A stretch of 64,000 nucleotides of DNA from a virus, in IMG/VR virus record IMGVR_UViG_3300043434_000210, positions 3,059-67,058 of that record; one strand, given 5' to 3'. How positions within the stretch are numbered: the first letter of the stretch is position 1; each line of letters begins with the position of its first letter. The position numbers were made by a program, and so were the translations under genes. This document shows, piece by piece, positions 1 to 8,587 of this stretch. The notes beneath the pieces are model-generated. The model was not told the DNA's origin and did no database searches. It saw only the letters and a program-made list of their open reading frames with translations.

Positions 1-762
1 CCAGTTATTGGTGTCTGTCAACCAGTGGTTAACGGTGTAGCCTTCAGGCACAGTACCCATTGCTTTAATCGCGTTGATGTCGTTATCGGCAGTAGCCACA
101 CGCAATTCAGTGTCAAGCAAGCGCTTAGCAACGAACATTAATGCAGGTGGAATTACCAATTTACGAATCTTAGCAGCGATCAAAAGACCACGCTCGTCTG
201 TCCAACCAGCGATTTGAATAGCAGCATTTTCGATCGCTGTTTCGTTCAAATCAGTAGCGGTAGCTGGGCTGTTATAGTTAACACCACCATTTACCAATGG
301 ATGACCAACGCGTGAACCGCCAGAGTTAACGCCGAACAATGAAACACCGTCGCCACCTGGGTATGCGCCGTTGAAACCGTTGTTCAATACGTTTGCAGAT
401 TTAACTTGCTTTGTGTAAGCCATACCACGAGCCAAAGCTTTGGTGTAGCGAGCAGACAAGCTGTCGTACAAGTTATCTTCAATCGCTTCTTCAGTGATTG
501 AGAAACCCATTGCAATAGTTTCGTGTGTATAACGTGCAGTGAAAGCTTCCTGAGCATTGTCATAAGCCATTGCTGCACCTTCAGACTTAACTGGGGCGGC
601 ACCAAAGCCTGACAATTTTGTTTCTTCTTCAAAAGAACGCTCAGATTTCTCTGTTTCGTATAACTCTTTGTGCTCTTCACCGTAGCGCTTGTACTCTAAT
701 CCGAACAAGGCGTTAAGGCCAGGCAATAGCTCTTTTAGGAGCTGTGAACGTGAAATAGCCAT
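1..762 (-). CDS. Major capsid protein (5' part; runs off the window start)
   Basis: Not in the ORF track because it is open at the edge. Manual translation from ATG at 762 gives MAISRSQLLKELLPGLNALFGLEYKRYGEEHKELYETEKSERSFEEETKLSGFGAAPVKSEG...ARYTHETIAMGFSITEEAIEDNLY, which I recognise as the N-terminus of a common aquatic-phage MCP family. AAGGAG RBS lies upstream; follows the scaffold and portal genes. Confidence 0.9.
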   Translation of the reverse strand, partial: MAISRSQLLKELLPGLNALFGLEYKRYGEEHKELYETEKSERSFEEETKLSGFGAAPVKSEGAAMAYDNAQEAFTARYTHETIAMGFSITEEAIEDNLYDSLSARYTKALARGMAYTKQVKSANVLNNGFNGAYPGGDGVSLFGVNSGGSRVGHPLVNGGVNYNSPATATDLNETAIENAAIQIAGWTDERGLLIAAKIRKLVIPPALMFVAKRLLDTELRVATADNDINAIKAMGTVPEGYTVNHWLTDTNNW

Positions 763-776
763 GTTTAAGCTCCTTC

Positions 777-1388
777 TTAGTTAGTTGCGCCAGCTGCTTG
801 ATAATATGAATGTACGCCGAAGTTAAACTTCACGATACAGTCAGTCTTAGCATCACCTGGAGTTGACAAAGGACCAACAACTAGATCAACGATACGCACT
901 GCGTATGTTGAAGTGTTTGCTGGAGTTGTAGATTCCAACGCAATTGTTGAGTTACCTGTAGTAGTAGAACCACCAAAGTTAGTCAACTCAGCGTTTAAAC
1001 CGATTTGTGCACGTGTAATCGCGCCGTCAGCCTGAATCTGATATAACTGATCTGGATCTTCAACAACGCGGATAGCCACGTTAGTGTAACCAGCAGAAAT
1101 AGCGTTAGCAGGTAAGAAGTTTGAAAACACTTGATACTTCAAAACTGGATCTACATAGCTGCAACCTACTGCAACACCAACTAAACCACGAGTAGAAGTC
1201 GTAGGTGTAGCTGTCATAGCTTCAGGTTGACCACCAGCAGTAGCGCCAATAGTGACGACATCGCCTTTAAAAATAGCCGTTGCACTGTTTGTTGTCATCA
1301 CGTAATCGCGGATTGAGCCGCCAGTAAATGATTGACCACCAATCAGGTTAATAGGCACTAGTCCGTAAGGACTTGCAGTTGTTGCCAT
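777..1388 (-). CDS. Putative capsid decoration/minor head protein
   Basis: 203 aa, Ala/Thr/Gly-rich, directly upstream of MCP, GGAGG RBS. Function inferred from position. Confidence 0.6.
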   Translation of the reverse strand: MATTASPYGLVPINLIGGQSFTGGSIRDYVMTTNSATAIFKGDVVTIGATAGGQPEAMTATPTTSTRGLVGVAVGCSYVDPVLKYQVFSNFLPANAISAGYTNVAIRVVEDPDQLYQIQADGAITRAQIGLNAELTNFGGSTTTGNSTIALESTTPANTSTYAVRIVDLVVGPLSTPGDAKTDCIVKFNFGVHSYYQAAGATN

Positions 1389-1404
1389 TTAAACCTCCAA
1401 AAGT

Positions 1405-1851
1405 TTATTTTGAACCATTTCCAAACCCACCGCGACTGGTTGATGATTTTTTGTCAGCAAACAGAGGCATGCGGGCATCGTTGTTGCGCATGAAGCTGCT
1501 ATCAACAGACTCCATTTGAGCTCTGGCTTGGTTCTCGTAATATTCTTTACGAGCCAGTACACGTTCAGTCGGGGCCTTGCACAACATAAGACCACCAATC
1601 TCTACGTTACCGTTGGTATCACCTTGCACCATTAGCTCAGGGTGGTCAACAGCCTTAACCGGCACCCAGCCGTCACGGAACTTCTGAGAGACGTTCGTGG
1701 GGTTGGCTTGGCCTAAGATCGCGGTAGCAATCCACCTATAGGTAAAACCAGGCTCCGGGGTAGGGTCAGGTAAAGTTGACGCTGGTACATATTCATATCT
1801 TGTTTCTTGTGCACGAGTATCTTGCTCGCGATTTGTGCGGTTATTAGCCAT
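1405..1851 (-). CDS. Head-module hypothetical protein
   Basis: 148 aa with YRWI...GWVPV...GGLMLCKAP; coupled to the scaffold gene. Confidence 0.65.
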   Translation of the reverse strand: MANNRTNREQDTRAQETRYEYVPASTLPDPTPEPGFTYRWIATAILGQANPTNVSQKFRDGWVPVKAVDHPELMVQGDTNGNVEIGGLMLCKAPTERVLARKEYYENQARAQMESVDSSFMRNNDARMPLFADKKSSTSRGGFGNGSK

Positions 1852-2827
1852 TTCTGCTCTCCAATTTTAAAACTTCGTTTGCATACTGCTCATAGGACAA
1901 ATTGTATTTATCAGCAATTGCCTTTTGAGTAGGTGTTAGTTTGACAACCTTTTTAGCGCCAGTCGTTCTGGACGAAGGTGCCACAACAGTTGCAGGTTTT
2001 CTAGTTGGGGCAGATGCCTTACGGCTAGGCTCTTCCTCATTTGAGACATACATCTCAGGGAAGGTACGCTTAAGGCGAGCATCAATTTGCTCGAAATATT
2101 CGTCTTGCTGCGGGTTATACCCGTTCGCTACTAATTTCTGGTGCAGCCCGAGCGCAAAGGCTGTAACTTCTTCGTAACCTACTGCTCCAAACCACTGGTT
2201 TTTTGCCTGCCAGCGCAGTGTTCTTTCATCAAGTTTGGGAGCTTCTGGTTGCTCTGAACGTATTTGTACATCTACTTCACGTGTTTGTAAAGAGGTTGGT
2301 GCAAAATTTTTCGCACTTTCCAATTTCATCTTTGCGTCTGTCAAAGCTTCCTGCGCTTCAAGCAGTGCATCGTTGTCGTAACTATCGGCAGCTTCTTTGT
2401 ACTTTCTACGCGCCATCTCAAGCTCTGCTTCAGCTTTAGCCTGTAGCGTTTCTTTGTACGTAGCCTCACCGGTCTTTACGTATTCCTTGAGTTTGCGGTT
2501 CTCATCAAGGATCTGTTGTGTAAGACGCTCGAGTTCCTGCTTCTCTCGTAACGCAGCTTCTTTAGCACGGCGCTCATCGTGACGCGCGTGTGTCAATTCC
2601 TTGATTCGGGACTGAACGCCTTTTGAATAGCTTTCAATTTCCTCATCGGTAGGGTCTTCAACCTCACGGTCTAAAGGCTTGGCCTTACGGTCTCTTTCAG
2701 GGGTGTCGTCAATAATCTCTAATTCAACATCGGTTTCAGCCGAAGTATCAATGTCAATATCGACGTTTGTATCTAAGTTCGCGTCATCCTGTTCATCAGG
2801 AAACTTGAACGGCTCTAAATCTGCCAT
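1844..2827 (-). CDS. Putative capsid scaffolding protein
   Basis: 327 aa, acidic N-terminus, long coiled coil, W..KNQWFG motif, between portal and MCP. Confidence 0.7.
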   Translation of the reverse strand: MADLEPFKFPDEQDDANLDTNVDIDIDTSAETDVELEIIDDTPERDRKAKPLDREVEDPTDEEIESYSKGVQSRIKELTHARHDERRAKEAALREKQELERLTQQILDENRKLKEYVKTGEATYKETLQAKAEAELEMARRKYKEAADSYDNDALLEAQEALTDAKMKLESAKNFAPTSLQTREVDVQIRSEQPEAPKLDERTLRWQAKNQWFGAVGYEEVTAFALGLHQKLVANGYNPQQDEYFEQIDARLKRTFPEMYVSNEEEPSRKASAPTRKPATVVAPSSRTTGAKKVVKLTPTQKAIADKYNLSYEQYANEVLKLESRNG

Positions 2828-2840
2828 GGTTTATCTCCTA

Positions 2841-3275
2841 TTAAGCGCGGCTAATGCCACGAGGGTCTTGCACAACAGCCTCAACTTGATCGTCATTAAT
2901 CAAGCGAAACTCCTTACCGTGGATTTTGATGCGTGTCCCGGTATACGGACGCGTCAGAACAAAGTCACCTTCTTTACACCAGGGTCCTTCAGGGAACTTG
3001 TCTGCATCTTTGTAAGCCAACGGACCTGCTTGTAATACAAACAATACAGGCGACGTAATTTCTTCCGTGCGCATGGTTTCGTCTGCTTTCAAGATACCGC
3101 TGTCGTACTTGTCATCCACATCAATCAAAACACACAAAAGCTTCCAGCCGGTTGGCTGTGGAATTTGGCGAGCTTTGACTTGTGGTTCCTGTGCTTCTAC
3201 TTCTTCCGTCGGCACGTTTTTAACGCCCGGTGGCAGAATCAATTCTGACTCTGGTAGTGCGATGGTTTCACTCAT
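2841..3275 (-). CDS. groES: Co-chaperonin GroES-like protein
   Basis: P-T-G-W-K-L-L, SGIL mobile-loop region, GP.AY, KEGDFVL...YTGTRIKIHGKEFRLINDDQVEAVV match the Cpn10 pattern. Confidence 0.85.
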   Translation of the reverse strand: MSETIALPESELILPPGVKNVPTEEVEAQEPQVKARQIPQPTGWKLLCVLIDVDDKYDSGILKADETMRTEEITSPVLFVLQAGPLAYKDADKFPEGPWCKEGDFVLTRPYTGTRIKIHGKEFRLINDDQVEAVVQDPRGISRA

Positions 3276-3474
3276 CGTCGTCTTCCTTCATTTTCTCAGC
3301 GAGGTCAATTAAGTGGCGCTCTGCTAGGGCTAGACCTCGAATCACCCCACAGAGCTCTTTGTACTGCGATAAATCTGAGCACTGACCAGTCGCCACGTCG
3401 TCAGCGTAATTGTTCATGTCCTGACGAAGCTTTCCCCTCATAGCTTCGATAAAGTCCATCACTAATAAATCCAT
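3268..3474 (-). CDS. Small hypothetical protein
   Basis: 68 aa, YKELCGVIRGL; overlaps the groES start, typical of the gene after the portal. Confidence 0.65.
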   Translation of the reverse strand: MDLLVMDFIEAMRGKLRQDMNNYADDVATGQCSDLSQYKELCGVIRGLALAERHLIDLAEKMKEDDDE

Positions 3475-3492
3475 CGTTTGTTTACCTTTCTA

Positions 3493-5907
3493 TCAATCTT
3501 TTTTTGGTTTTGGCTCAGTTTTGCTGGCAGGTTGTCTCGCTTTCGCAACATCTCCTGCTAACTTGAAGCCTTGAACTACATCTGCTGCAGCCTTCTTGCT
3601 CTTCTCAAGCTCGAGTTTCTCGCGCTCAAGATCGATTTGGTCAGCCTTAGCAGCGGCTTCCATTGCCACTTTCTTCTCTTTAATGTCGACGTCTTTCTGT
3701 TTAATCGCCAACTCTTGCTGCTGCAACTGCAACACTGGGTCTTGTGCGTTCTGCTGAGCTTGCTGCTGAGCAACCATCGCTTGAGACTGTGCCAATACCT
3801 GCGGTGCAGCCATCGCCAACATCTTAGAAACTTCTTTCTCCAAGTCCTCTGGCATCTCTTGGTCAGGCAACGGCAACTGCACGCCCATCGCAGCCTCCAT
3901 CTTCTGACGGTATGCGTAACCAACGTGCTCGGCAATATGCGCAGACAAGGCCGCTTGAATAGCTTGCGCTTGCGGATTCTGCCCAATTAACTGCTGAACC
4001 AGCGGGTCTTGCATAGCTGACTGGTGAACGGCAATATGAGCCTCGTGGTCTTGATAAATGAATGCTTTGAGTGGTTTGCCCTTCAATGCGTTCATGTTTT
4101 CTGTCACGGGGTCTTTCGGCTTTTGATCGTCTTCCAAAGGGACCAACTTGTCAGCGTTCTTAATTCCCAAAACGTCCAGCATTTGCCTGTGTAATTGGGG
4201 TAAGTCGTAAATCTGTGGGGCGCTTTGTGCCAACTGAATAACGGCTTGGTACTGGACCACTCTTTGTGAAAGAGTGGCTGCGTTAGGGTCTGATACAGGC
4301 AACACATCGACCATTGAGTAGTCGGAACGTTTTGCTCGTGCACTGCCTTTTTCTGGCTCATAGTTATAGTCCTCGTCCGTGTAGTCAGCAATGATTTTGG
4401 CAAGCAGCTGCAACTCTTGTTTCAATGAGTAGTGCACGCGTGCCTGCACAGCAGACATCACTTTCAAAGTTCTTTCCAAAATAGCCAATGTCGTACCAAC
4501 AGGTGCGTTGGCTGACATATCGCTAATCTTCATGTCAGAAGTAGCCGCAAAGCGACGACCTTCTTCAACAATCTTGTCCATCAAACCAGCTAAAACTGAG
4601 CTTGGCTCCTTGTATGGAAGTGGCAAGATGTTGTCTCTAATATTGCCTGACCCAAGATCGACGTCTCTAAACTCACCCGGAGCGATTGGGGTATCGTCTC
4701 CCTTGATTCGCAGACCCCTAGCCTTAAGACCACCAGGTAGATTAGAAAGAGTACCGGCATCAACCAACTGACGCATAATGCTAGTCGCACTCTTGGCGAA
4801 GCCACCGATGAGATGGAAAAGACCAAAACCGTATGCGCCATAACCTGGAATGTACTGATAATGAACAAAATGCTGTCGCTTAAGTTTAAGTGGATCATCT
4901 TCGTTCCAGTTTCTGCGGATAGATAAAATATCATTAGTACCGCGCACCATTGTCACTACGTATGGCAACGCAATACCTGTCTTTTCACCATCTTCTTCGT
5001 CTTCAAAACCTGGCAAGTCCAAGTCAACGTGAATCTCATACACTTCAAAACGATCGTCGTAACTAGCGTTGAAGCCTGTTTCCTTGTCTTTCTTGTCCTG
5101 AATATCTGACTTGAACTTCTGCGGTTCGCCCAACTCTACGTCCATGTAGAAGCCGGCGTGCATCAAACGGTTCAACTCGTTTTTAGTTTTACGCATGATG
5201 TGTGTCACACGTGGCGAAGCCATAATCTCGCTTGTGCCGTAAGGAATAATGATGTCTTCAGCAGGAATAAACACAGACACCTGGCGACCTAGACCTGGGT
5301 CAAAGTACACTTTCTTGAACGCTGAACCGGCTGATGGCAAGTTCCACAACATGCGCTCGTGTTCATTACGGAACTCAGGCATTTTCTCTGTTAGTTGGTA
5401 GTTCATGTCTTCTTCAACACGTACCGCTGCCTGCTGTTTAGCTGGAGTCTCTTTACCAACAATCTTTGTGCGTACAGGCCCCTTGGCTGGGAATGTCTCC
5501 ATGATGGTTTCTGACTGGAAGCGTACAACTGCTTCCGTAATCATCGGGTGGAACACACCGCAAGCGCCATCCCATGGTTCTGTGCGCTCTTCAAACTTCA
5601 AGCCAAGGAGGGTGATACCGTCCTTGTACATATCTTCCCAATCTTTACGGGCAGCTTTGTCGTCGTTAATGCTGCCTTCCAAATCACCCGCCAACTCTTG
5701 CAAGTCGCCTGGGTTCATGTCTTCCGCTAAGTTCTTATTGAACTCATCTTCGGGCATCGCATCTGGGTCAATCTCAATCTCCATGCCATCCATACCGATG
5801 GTCACTGATTCTGGGTCCTCAATCTCGATCTCGATATCAGGTTCCTCGTTACCCACAATGGCCTCGAGTCCTTGTGGTGCCTGATACAGTCCTTTATCTA
5901 CTGGCAT
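3493..5907 (-). CDS. Portal protein
   Basis: 804 aa directly downstream of TerL; PWDGACGVFHP, GSAFKKVY and YGFGL motifs; Gln-rich C-terminal coiled-coil barrel as in podoviral portals. Confidence 0.88.
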   Translation of the reverse strand: MPVDKGLYQAPQGLEAIVGNEEPDIEIEIEDPESVTIGMDGMEIEIDPDAMPEDEFNKNLAEDMNPGDLQELAGDLEGSINDDKAARKDWEDMYKDGITLLGLKFEERTEPWDGACGVFHPMITEAVVRFQSETIMETFPAKGPVRTKIVGKETPAKQQAAVRVEEDMNYQLTEKMPEFRNEHERMLWNLPSAGSAFKKVYFDPGLGRQVSVFIPAEDIIIPYGTSEIMASPRVTHIMRKTKNELNRLMHAGFYMDVELGEPQKFKSDIQDKKDKETGFNASYDDRFEVYEIHVDLDLPGFEDEEDGEKTGIALPYVVTMVRGTNDILSIRRNWNEDDPLKLKRQHFVHYQYIPGYGAYGFGLFHLIGGFAKSATSIMRQLVDAGTLSNLPGGLKARGLRIKGDDTPIAPGEFRDVDLGSGNIRDNILPLPYKEPSSVLAGLMDKIVEEGRRFAATSDMKISDMSANAPVGTTLAILERTLKVMSAVQARVHYSLKQELQLLAKIIADYTDEDYNYEPEKGSARAKRSDYSMVDVLPVSDPNAATLSQRVVQYQAVIQLAQSAPQIYDLPQLHRQMLDVLGIKNADKLVPLEDDQKPKDPVTENMNALKGKPLKAFIYQDHEAHIAVHQSAMQDPLVQQLIGQNPQAQAIQAALSAHIAEHVGYAYRQKMEAAMGVQLPLPDQEMPEDLEKEVSKMLAMAAPQVLAQSQAMVAQQQAQQNAQDPVLQLQQQELAIKQKDVDIKEKKVAMEAAAKADQIDLEREKLELEKSKKAAADVVQGFKLAGDVAKARQPASKTEPKPKKD

Positions 5908-5916
5908 TTTCTATCC

Positions 5917-7464
5917 TTAATAATACGCCGCACGTCTGCGGCGGTAGGCCAATGGCTCGTCAGCCATATCGCTATCTAAGTTAATAAACCCGCCTTGGCG
6001 GTAGCGCAATAGCGCTTGTGTGCAAGTATCCACGAAGTCGTCGTGTTCGCCAACAGGAAACGCTGCAATTTCTTCAATTACGTCTCGTGCCCACCTCGTG
6101 TCTGGTGCCCAGACTTTGCCAGAAGCAAACAAGTCGCTGACCGCGTTGAGACGCGCAATCTTGTCGTTACCTCGGCTGGGGGTGAACTCTTGGACGGGGA
6201 TACCCATTCGCCGGAGCTCTTGTATAAGAGGACCACCGGCAGCTTTTTTCTCGACAATGAACGCATCAGGCTCCCACTCCTTGTAGTGTTTTAGTGCAAC
6301 TGTCTTGAGTTCTGGGAACGCCATCCTGTCCTTGAAGGCATCGAGGAGTATGAGGTTCGGACTGTTGTTATCCTCCTCGTTGTACCAGACTCCCCACGTG
6401 GTGCAAGCACTATAGTCACTTGTCGTTTTCGTCTCATGCGCCGTATCCCAACTCTGAATCACATAATCACACCGAGGCGGGTCTTCTGCATCCCACACTC
6501 GCCAATCTGACCGCTTCACCAACGCCGCACTGTCCGCCGTCGGCTTCTGCATGTACTGCGCGTTCCAATATCGTGGGTCTAGTGACGCCTTTGTGTTCTT
6601 TAGTGCAGCGAGCGGCCACTGAGCTGGCCACAGCGACTTCTCGTCCTCAGTGTCCTCGTGCAGGATGGCCGGCAACTCAACTATCTCCCATGGAATAGTG
6701 TCTGGGTTTTTAATCTGGTAGTCAATGAGCCGCCCTGTCAGGTCAAGTAGTGACCAACGCGTCATGATAATTATGATGGCACCGCCCGGCATCAGACGCT
6801 GTAACGGACCGGTCTGGAACCATGACCACGCCGTGTCGAACGCCAAGCGACTGTTACTCTTTACGTCTTGTTCAGAGTGTGGATCGTCAATGACAAACAA
6901 GTCAGCACCACGACCTGCAAGAGCGCCGCCCACACCAGCGGCATAATACTGTCCGCCTGCTCCAGTAGACCACTTACCAGCCGCCTTCTGGTCATCTGCC
7001 ACCATTGTTTCTGGAAAAACTTCTTTATATTCATCGCTATCAATCAAGTTACGTACCCGACGTCCAAAGTCTTCTGACAGAGACGCCGTATGTGTGCCCA
7101 TAATAATCTTTTTCTCAGGGTATTTACCTAAGAAGAACGCAGGAAACAGGTAAGAGCTGAACTCAGACTTACCCATACGCGGTGCTATGTTGATAATTAC
7201 GCGCTTTTTCTTGCCATCAATCACATCTTGGAAGATTTTTGCCAACCGTTTGTGGTGTGGACCCACTTTAAACCCCGGATACACCTTTCTTGCGAAGGCA
7301 ATCGGGTCTGTCTGTGCCATTTTTAGCTCGTGCCGACGCTCTTTCTCTTCCAAATCACTAAGAAACTTGAGTTTTTCTTCTTTTGTCATGTGTGGCAGGG
7401 CTCTTTGCGCCGCCATCGCCTCTTCTGGAGTCAGACAAGTGAAGTCTTTTAGCTCAGTTGTCAT
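5917..7464 (-). CDS. terL: Terminase large subunit
   Basis: Walker A APRMGKS, Walker B FVIDD, coupling motif MTRW, nuclease residues SWDTA / DYSA / IVEKKAAG / HDDFVD. Confidence 0.95.
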   Translation of the reverse strand: MTTELKDFTCLTPEEAMAAQRALPHMTKEEKLKFLSDLEEKERRHELKMAQTDPIAFARKVYPGFKVGPHHKRLAKIFQDVIDGKKKRVIINIAPRMGKSEFSSYLFPAFFLGKYPEKKIIMGTHTASLSEDFGRRVRNLIDSDEYKEVFPETMVADDQKAAGKWSTGAGGQYYAAGVGGALAGRGADLFVIDDPHSEQDVKSNSRLAFDTAWSWFQTGPLQRLMPGGAIIIIMTRWSLLDLTGRLIDYQIKNPDTIPWEIVELPAILHEDTEDEKSLWPAQWPLAALKNTKASLDPRYWNAQYMQKPTADSAALVKRSDWRVWDAEDPPRCDYVIQSWDTAHETKTTSDYSACTTWGVWYNEEDNNSPNLILLDAFKDRMAFPELKTVALKHYKEWEPDAFIVEKKAAGGPLIQELRRMGIPVQEFTPSRGNDKIARLNAVSDLFASGKVWAPDTRWARDVIEEIAAFPVGEHDDFVDTCTQALLRYRQGGFINLDSDMADEPLAYRRRRAAYY

Positions 7465-8068
7465 CTTCTGCCGGTGGGTTGTCTTGCAAATCTTTGTCTA
7501 AATCAATAGCCTCTACATCAACAACGTCGGCCTTGCCCATATATTTGCCAAGCTTCTCGCGGATTCGCGCCTCTAGCTCTTCATCAGTAACTTCTGCCTT
7601 TTTAACCTCAACGCGCTCAGTAAACAGGGCCACTTCCGTGACTTTACCCAACATATCTAGCGCCTTGAGACGTATTCTGGCATCAGGATGGTCGGTCTCT
7701 TTGACAATTTTTGCCACCGCCATGGATCTAAGCTCTTCGGCCTGCTGGACAAACTGCCACTGATATTGAGAGAGCATCGCTACGCTTGAACGTACCTCTT
7801 CCGGTAGCTGCATCTGCAAGATTTTGTCTTTAGCGTCGGGTGCCTGGGTTACTAATGACTGGAATGTATCTGAAACTTTTTGTTGTTGTGCTGCCGTAAG
7901 AATCGCTTCGTCTTCTTTGGCAATCTCGGCTAGCCACTCGGTGGTGCCTATCTGTGAATTCAATGTTTCTGCTGCGGATAGTTTTGCTAACGGAACAAAG
8001 TCGCCTACGCCAGACTCTATGTCTGGCACATAATCTGCTGCCGCTGCTAAGACCAAATGATCTAACAA
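7454..8068 (-). CDS. Probable terminase small subunit
   Basis: 204 aa overlapping the TerL start; helical RLKALDMLGK...LFTER segment. Start codon uncertain. Confidence 0.6.
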   Translation of the reverse strand: MLDHLVLAAAADYVPDIESGVGDFVPLAKLSAAETLNSQIGTTEWLAEIAKEDEAILTAAQQQKVSDTFQSLVTQAPDAKDKILQMQLPEEVRSSVAMLSQYQWQFVQQAEELRSMAVAKIVKETDHPDARIRLKALDMLGKVTEVALFTERVEVKKAEVTDEELEARIREKLGKYMGKADVVDVEAIDLDKDLQDNPPAEDDN

Positions 8069-8122
8069 ACTACCTCCGCTGTTGCGCCGTGGGTGTGGCG
8101 TATGTCAGGGAGTATACACACA

Positions 8123-8152
8123 ATTCTAAAAAAGAAAACCCCTCCCTCGCAA
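8123..8152 (-). promoter_or_regulatory. Possible sigma70-type promoter for the packaging/head operon
   Basis: Minus strand TTGCGA (8152-8147), 18 bp spacer, TAGAAT (8128-8123). An alternative -10 TATACT lies at 8116-8111. Confidence 0.35.
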
Positions 8153-8155
8153 GCT

Positions 8156-8191
8156 CAAAAAGAAAACCCCCCGGTAAGGGGCCGGGGGGTT
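8156..8191 (-). terminator. Intrinsic terminator ending the predicted sRNA
   Basis: 10-bp perfect inverted repeat AACCCCCCGG (8165-8174) / CCGGGGGGTT (8182-8191), 7-nt loop, followed on the minus strand by a U-rich tract (TTTTCTTTTT). Confidence 0.8.
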
Positions 8192-8263
8192 AAGGGGTGG
8201 TTTCGCTCTCACACTCAACCAAGGAGACGTGCGCCAGACAAACGAAAGGAAAAGCCGACGCAC
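8157..8263 (-). ncRNA. Predicted ~105-nt trans-acting antisense sRNA complementary to early-gene RBS leaders
   Basis: Bounded by a promoter (8299-8270) and a terminator. The 5' hairpin GUGCGUCGGC-UUUUCCUUUCGUUU-GUCUGGCGCAC begins at the expected +1, and its G-U pairs work only on this strand. The loop complements the leaders at 10985, 12457, 15844 and 18644. Confidence 0.7.
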
Positions 8264-8269
8264 AAACAG

Positions 8270-8299
8270 AGCTTACCAGAGTTCACCAGAATGTGTCAA
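8270..8299 (-). promoter_or_regulatory. sigma70-type promoter of the predicted sRNA
   Basis: Minus strand TTGACA (8299-8294), 18 bp spacer, TAAGCT (8275-8270) preceded by TGG (extended -10). Confidence 0.65.
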
Positions 8300-8330
8300 C
8301 GCGTATCAACGGATATCAACGAGACTCAAA
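8291..8330. repeat. Four 10-bp phased direct repeats (core TCAAC)
   Basis: atgtgtcaac gcgtatcaac ggatatcaac gagactcaaa; the first copy overlaps the -35 element. Confidence 0.65.
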
Positions 8331-8494
8331 TAGCTGTCAAGAATTAGACAAGGTGGGGTGGAATTTTTACAAAATTTGACATGGAATTATTTTGCGGTTG
8401 TGGAATAGTGATCTATGGTCAATGCCATGCCATGCAGTTTTCGTGGGGGTCGGTGGTGGGTGGGGTCAAAACAGACGGCTTTTAACCTACGGAG

Positions 8495-8503
8495 TGGTAA
8501 AAT
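8495..8503 (+). promoter_or_regulatory. Extended -10 promoter for the early arm
   Basis: TGGTAAAAT (TGn plus TAAAAT) about 85 nt upstream of the first rightward gene; no good -35. Confidence 0.5.
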
Positions 8504-8548
8504 TTAATCATTGGAAATCGGGGAGAAATCTCCCCAAACCAATCTGAC

Positions 8549-8574
8549 GCCCACACAGTTTGTGGGCTTTTTTT
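8549..8574 (+). terminator. Intrinsic terminator/attenuator in the early leader
   Basis: GCCCACA-cagtt-TGTGGGC followed by T7, immediately before the RBS of the first early gene. Confidence 0.75.
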
Positions 8575-8587
8575 ATTGGAGTTTATT

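Noticed and set aside
384-680. 98-aa ORF in the track
   Set aside because: It is an alternative frame inside the major capsid gene, which the track missed because that gene is open at the window edge.
7954-8379. Plus-strand ORFs 7954-8193, 8093-8347 and 8197-8379
   Set aside because: Low-complexity translations that run across terminator and promoter elements. The AAGGAG and GAAAGGA sequences here are better explained as the template of the antisense RNA.
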